Below, piece after piece: positions 58,377 to 64,000 of a stretch of DNA of 64,000 nucleotides. The position numbers were made by a program, and so were the translations under genes. Position 1 is the stretch's first letter. Every line of letters starts with the position of its first letter. The notes under the pieces were generated by a model. The model saw only the letters and a list, made by a program, of their open reading frames with translations, was not told where the DNA came from and did no database searches. Origin of the DNA: Escherichia coli (GTDB lineage: Bacteria > Pseudomonadota > Gammaproteobacteria > Enterobacterales > Enterobacteriaceae); the NCBI RefSeq assembly GCF_044647545.1, contig NZ_CP172818.1; one strand, given 5' to 3'.

Positions 58377-60512
58377 TTACTCGCCCTGTTCAGCAGCCGG
58401 AGCTTCCGGTGCTGCAGCAGGTTGAGACTGCTCAGTCGCTTCTTTAATGCTCAGACGGATACGGCCCTGGCGATCAACTTCCAGAACTTTCACCGGTACT
58501 TCCTGACCCATCTGCAGGTAATCGGTCACTTTCTCAACGCGTTTGTCAGCGATCTGAGAGATGTGTACCAGACCTTCTTTACCGCCGCCGATGGCAACAA
58601 ATGCGCCAAAGTCAACGATACGGGTCACTTTACCATTGTAGACGCGGCCCACTTCGATTTCTGCAGTGATCTCTTCGATACGACGAATAGCATGTTTCGC
58701 TTTCTCGCCGTCGGTCGCTGCGATTTTCACAGTACCGTCATCTTCGATTTCGATGGTGGTGCCAGTTTCTTCGGTCAGAGCACGGATAACAGAACCGCCT
58801 TTACCGATAACGTCTTTGATCTTGTCCGGGTTGATCTTGATGGTATGGATACGCGGAGCGAACTCAGAGATATCGCCGCGCGGCGCGTTGATCGCCTGTT
58901 CCATTACGCCCAGGATATGCAGACGCGCACCTTTAGCCTGGTTCAGTGCAACCTGCATGATCTCTTTGGTGATACCTTCAATTTTGATATCCATCTGCAA
59001 TGCAGAGATACCGTCGCGGGAACCCGCAACTTTGAAGTCCATATCGCCCAGGTGATCTTCGTCGCCCAAAATGTCAGACAGTACAACGTAGTTGTCGCCT
59101 TCTTTCACCAGACCCATTGCGATACCCGCAACAGCAGCTTTGATCGGCACACCTGCGTCCATCAGCGCCAGAGACGCGCCGCACACGGAAGCCATAGAAG
59201 AAGAACCGTTGGATTCGGTGATTTCAGACACCACACGTACGGTGTACGGGAATTTGTCCATATCCGGCATGACTGCCAGCACGCCGCGCTTCGCCAGACG
59301 ACCGTGACCAATTTCACGACGCTTCGGAGAACCGACCATGCCGGTTTCGCCTACGGAGTACGGAGGGAAGTTGTAGTGGAACAGGAAGGTGTCAGTACGT
59401 TCGCCCATCAGTTCATCAAGAACTTGCGCGTCACGTGCAGTACCCAGCGTTGCGGTAACCAGCGCCTGAGTTTCACCACGGGTGAAAAGCGCAGAACCGT
59501 GAGTACGCGGCAGCACGCCAGTACGCACATCCAGACCACGAATCATATCTTTTTCACGACCGTCGATACGCGGTTCGCCTGCCAGTACGCGGCTACGAAC
59601 AACGTTTTTCTCGATAGCGTGCAGAATTTCACCCAGTTCGTTTTCGTCCAGGGTTTCATCTTCAGCAAGCAGCGTCGCGATGGTTTCAGATTTGATGACA
59701 TCAACCTGCGCATAACGCTCTTGTTTGTCGGTGATGCGGTAAGCATCGCTCAGACGAGCTTCAGCCAGTGCAGCAACGCGCGCGTTCAGCGCTTCGTTTA
59801 CCGGCTCCGGCTGCCAGTCCCAACGCGGTTTACCGGCTTCTTTCACCAGTTCATTGATGTTCTGAATAACAACCTGCTGTTGTTCATGACCGAACACTAC
59901 TGCGCCCAGCATCTGGTCTTCGCTCAGCAGTTCAGCTTCAGATTCAACCATCAGTACAGCTGCTTCAGTACCCGCAACAACCAGATCCAGTTTGCTCTCT
60001 TTCAGCTCGTCCTGAGTCGGGTTCAGTACGTACTGGTCATTGATGTAACCTACGCGGGCAGCACCAATCGGACCATTGAACGGAATACCAGACAGAGACA
60101 GTGCTGCGGAAGCACCAATCATCGCGACGATATCCGGGTTAACTTGCGGGTTAACAGAAACCACGGTGGCGATAACCTGAACTTCGTTGACGAAGCCTTC
60201 CGGGAACAGCGGGCGAATCGGGCGGTCAATCAGACGCGCGATCAGGGTTTCGCCTTCGCTTGGGCGGCCTTCACGACGGAAGAAGCTACCCGGGATACGA
60301 CCAGCAGCGTAGGTACGCTCCTGATAGTTAACGGTCAGTGGGAAGAAGTCCTGACCTGGTTTGGCTTTTTTCTGGCCAACAACGGTAACGAATACCGCGG
60401 TGTCATCCATGCTAACCATAACAGCGGCAGTAGCCTGACGAGCCATCATGCCGGTTTCCAGAGTCACGGTGTGTTGGCCGTACTGGAATTTACGAACGAT
60501 CGGATTAAGCAA
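58377..60512 (-). CDS. pnp: Polynucleotide phosphorylase (TTG start)
   Basis: 711 aa from a TTG at 60510-60512 ((M)[20 protein letters not shown]). Confidence 0.9.
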   Translation of the reverse strand: MLNPIVRKFQYGQHTVTLETGMMARQATAAVMVSMDDTAVFVTVVGQKKAKPGQDFFPLTVNYQERTYAAGRIPGSFFRREGRPSEGETLIARLIDRPIRPLFPEGFVNEVQVIATVVSVNPQVNPDIVAMIGASAALSLSGIPFNGPIGAARVGYINDQYVLNPTQDELKESKLDLVVAGTEAAVLMVESEAELLSEDQMLGAVVFGHEQQQVVIQNINELVKEAGKPRWDWQPEPVNEALNARVAALAEARLSDAYRITDKQERYAQVDVIKSETIATLLAEDETLDENELGEILHAIEKNVVRSRVLAGEPRIDGREKDMIRGLDVRTGVLPRTHGSALFTRGETQALVTATLGTARDAQVLDELMGERTDTFLFHYNFPPYSVGETGMVGSPKRREIGHGRLAKRGVLAVMPDMDKFPYTVRVVSEITESNGSSSMASVCGASLALMDAGVPIKAAVAGIAMGLVKEGDNYVVLSDILGDEDHLGDMDFKVAGSRDGISALQMDIKIEGITKEIMQVALNQAKGARLHILGVMEQAINAPRGDISEFAPRIHTIKINPDKIKDVIGKGGSVIRALTEETGTTIEIEDDGTVKIAATDGEKAKHAIRRIEEITAEIEVGRVYNGKVTRIVDFGAFVAIGGGKEGLVHISQIADKRVEKVTDYLQMGQEVPVKVLEVDRQGRIRLSIKEATEQSQPAAAPEAPAAEQGE

Positions 60513-60711
60513 TGTAATATCCTTTCTCTTTCTTAGACAGTACCTTACGGCACTGGTGTTAATACCCGATCTTCTGCGCATCCTCGCGACTAATGACAAC
60601 CCTAACCCAGCCCAATGTGGGTAAAGCCTCTCATTAGCCGCGCGAACCTCTGCAACGGAAGATCATTCATAGCAACAATACATTAGTTTCCAGTGAATTG
60701 CTGCCGTCAGC
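60513..60711 (-). promoter_or_regulatory. pnp 5' leader (autoregulatory/RNase III-processed region by position)
   Basis: ~200 nt untranslated region between the rpsO terminator and the pnp TTG start. Confidence 0.45.
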
Positions 60712-60745
60712 TTGAAAAAAGGGGCCACTCAGGCCCCCTTTTCTG
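60712..60745 (-). terminator. rpsO rho-independent terminator
   Basis: Plus strand gaaaaaaggggccactcaggcccccttttc, a GC-rich stem flanked by A and T runs. Confidence 0.7.
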
Positions 60746-60758
60746 AAACTCGCAAGAA

Positions 60759-61124
<366 letters not shown>

Positions 61125-61176
61125 TTAAGCGGCAGTATTCTACTCGTAGCGACCTGTTATCGCAAGACGGTTAACA

Positions 61177-62121
61177 TTACGCCGGGTATTCAACCACCAG
61201 GCGACGAGGCGCGACGCGGCCTTCATCGTCAATTTCGCCCATACCGATAAACTTGCCGTTCTCACCCTCTGTAACGCGAACCAGTCCTTCCAGCGGCGCA
61301 CCGGATGTACGAACCGGGTTACCATTTTTGAAGTAAACAGAAGACGTTAACGGAAGATTCACCACCGGGTAGTCCGAAGCTGGACTGTCCATTGGCATCA
61401 GTAATGGATCAAGTAACTCCGCAGCCGGAATATCCTGCTGTTCGGCTTGCTCAACCAGTTCACGCAGATGTTCCAGGGTCACCATCCGTTCAACCGGATA
61501 TTTACTTACCGCCAGACGACGCAAGTAAATAACATGCGCGCCACAACCGAGTTTTTCGCCGAGATCGTCAATGATAGTGCGGATATAAGTGCCTTTTGAG
61601 CAGTGAATTTCCAGCTCCAGCTCATTGCCTTCATGGCGAATAAACAGCAATTCATAAACGGTAATCGGGCGCGCTTCACGTGGAACTTCAATGCCCTGAC
61701 GCGCGTATTCGTACAGTTTTTTGCCCTGATATTTCAGTGCTGAATACATCGAAGGGATCTGTTCGATATCGCCACGGAAGGTATCCAGCGCCGCCGCCAG
61801 TTGCTCTGCACTAAAGGTTACCGGACGTTCTTCAACGATTTGTCCGTCGGCATCAGAAGTATCGGTACGCTGCCCAAGACGCGCAATGACCCGATAGCGT
61901 TTGTCGGAGTCCAGCAGATACTGGGAAAACTTCGTCGCTTCCCCGAGGCAAATTGGCAACATGCCGGTCGCCAGCGGGTCCAGCGCACCGGTATGCCCGG
62001 CACGGTTGGCGTTATAAATCCGTTTCACTTTTTGCAGCGCATCGTTGCTGGACATCCCCTGCGGTTTATCCAGCAACAAAACGCCGTTAATGTCGCGACC
62101 GCGACGACGAGGACGACTCAT
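61177..62121 (-). CDS. truB: tRNA pseudouridine-55 synthase
   Basis: 314 aa ORF. Confidence 0.95.
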
Positions 62122-62522
62122 TAGTCCTCCTTGCTGTCGTCCGGGTTAACACGACGTTCTTCGTCATGTTTGACCACGCTGGTCACCAGGTTTGACATGC
62201 GCATCCCTTCAACCAGAGAGTTGTCGTAGAAGAAGGTCAGTTCCGGCACGATACGCAGGCGCATCGCTTTCCCCAGCAGGCTGCGGATGAAACCAGAAGC
62301 TTCCTGCAACGCTTTGATGCCCGCTTTAACCGCGTCTTCATCTTTGTCGTTGAGGAACGTCACATATACTTTGGCATACGCCAGGTCGCGAGACATTTCG
62401 ACACCGGAAACGGTGGTCATCATGCCCAGACGAGGATCTTTAATTTCACGCTGCAGGATGAGAGCGATCTCTTTTTGCATTTCCTGCGCTACGCGCTGCG
62501 GGCGACCAAATTCTTTCGCCAT
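62121..62522 (-). CDS. rbfA: Ribosome-binding factor A
   Basis: Start at [20 protein letters not shown] gives 133 aa; stop overlaps the truB start. Confidence 0.9.
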
Positions 62523-62597
62523 AATAAATTCTCCTGACAAAAAAGGGGCTGTTAGCCCCTTTTTAAAATTAATTTCAGGTGGAAGGGCTGTTCACGT

Positions 62598-62680
62598 TGG
62601 CCTGATAAGACGCGCCAGCGTCGCATCAGGCAATCCATGCCGGATGCGGCGTAAACGCCTTATCCCGCATGGAACCCTAA
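62598..62680. repeat. REP element between infB and rbfA
   Basis: gcctgataagacgcgccagcgtcgcatcaggca ... gccggatgcggcgtaaacgccttatcc. Confidence 0.6.
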
Positions 62681-62685
62681 AAACC

Positions 62686-64000
62686 TTAAGCGATGGTACG
62701 TTGGATTTCGATGATTTCGAATACTTCGATCACATCGCCAGTGCGGACATCGTTGTAGTTCTTAACGCCGATACCACATTCCATACCGTTACGGACTTCG
62801 TTAACGTCATCTTTGAAGCGGCGCAGGGACTCCAGCTCGCCTTCGTAGATAACCACGTTGTCGCGCAGAACGCGGATCGGGTTGTGACGTTTAACCACAC
62901 CTTCGGTAACCATACAACCTGCGATGGCACCAAATTTCGGTGATTTGAATACGTCACGAACTTCCGCCAGACCGATAATCTGTTGTTTCAGTTCCGGAGA
63001 CAGCATACCGCTCATTGCCGCTTTCACTTCGTCGATCAGGTTATAGATGACGGAGTAGTAACGCAGATCCAGGCTTTCCGCTTCAATTACTTTACGTGCA
63101 GAGGCATCAGCACGTACGTTGAAGCCAACCAGGATGGCGTTGGACGCCGCAGCCAGGGTAGCGTCGGTTTCGGTGATACCACCTACGCCAGAACCGATGA
63201 TCTTCACTTTAACTTCGTCAGTAGACAGTTTCAGCAAGGAGTCGGAGATAGCTTCCACAGAACCCTGTACGTCTGCCTTCAGGACGATATTCACTTCGTG
63301 AACTTCGCCTTCGGTCATGTTGGCGAACATGTTCTCGAGTTTAGATTTCTGCTGACGCGCCAGTTTAACTTCGCGGAATTTACCCTGACGATAGAGTGCA
63401 ACTTCACGCGCTTTCTTCTCGTCACGTACAACGGTAACTTCATCACCCGCAGCCGGAACGCCGGACAGGCCGAGGATTTCCACCGGAATGGACGGACCCG
63501 CTTCCAGCACTTCCTGACCCAGTTCGTTACGCATCGCACGAACACGACCGTATTCGAAGCCACACAGAACGATATCGCCCTTGTGCAGAGTACCTTCACG
63601 TACCAGAACGGTAGCAACCGGACCACGACCTTTATCGAGGAAGGATTCGATAACCGCACCGCTCGCCATGCCTTTACGTACCGCTTTCAGTTCCAGAACT
63701 TCCGCCTGCAGCAGGATAGCGTCCAGCAGCTCATCGATACCAGTACCCGCTTTCGCAGACACATGTACGAACTGGCTTTCACCGCCCCACTCTTCCGGCA
63801 GGATGCCGTACTGGGAGAGTTCGTTCTTAACGCGATCCGGATCGGCTTCTGGTTTATCGATCTTGTTCACTGCAACGACCACCGGAACCTGCGCCGCTTT
63901 CGCGTGCTGGATTGCTTCGATGGTCTGCGGCATTACGCCGTCGTCGGCAGCAACAACCAGGACTACGATGTCCGTTGCCTGCGCACCACGAGCACGCATT
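62686..64000 (-). CDS. infB: Translation initiation factor IF-2, C-terminal part (5' end outside the window)
   Basis: ORF open to the window end; translation contains [14 protein letters not shown]...[26 protein letters not shown]. Confidence 0.95.

Noticed and set aside
58314-60536. 740-aa ORF on the plus strand
   Set aside because: Exactly antisense to pnp; a shadow ORF arising from strong codon bias in a highly expressed gene, with no independent start or RBS context.

Overview
This window is an Escherichia coli K-12-like chromosomal segment, collinear with the MG1655 region from the 3' end of fadH to the 3' part of infB. Gene order is fadH, higBA, rlmG, ygjPQR, alx, sstT, ygjV, uxaCA, exuTR, yqjA-yqjG, yhaHIJKL, cyuA, rnpB, garKRLPD, prlF-yhaV, the aga/kba GalNAc cluster (with the K-12-type agaW'/agaA' truncation), rsmI, lpoA, yraN, diaA, dolP, yraQR, yhbOPQS, ubiTUV, yhbW, mtr, deaD, nlpI, pnp, rpsO, truB, rbfA, infB. 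Identifications rest on reading the supplied ORF translations against remembered K-12 proteins and gene order; no database search was run. Most of the window is ordinary core genome. Three things depart from the expected organisation. (1) A roughly 0.7 kb extremely GC-rich, homopolymer-laden segment (23932-24645) lies where the tdc operon, yhaB and most of yhaC would be, and truncates cyuP. (2) At about 41815, agaI and rsmI converge, both lose their native stop codons, and the yraHIJK fimbrial operon is absent. (3) The higB toxin gene carries a -1 frameshift in a homopolymer. I found no transposase, integrase, CRISPR array or tRNA. I do not see convincing evidence of a new biological system: the anomalous segment looks like an artifact or foreign/synthetic filler rather than a gene cassette.
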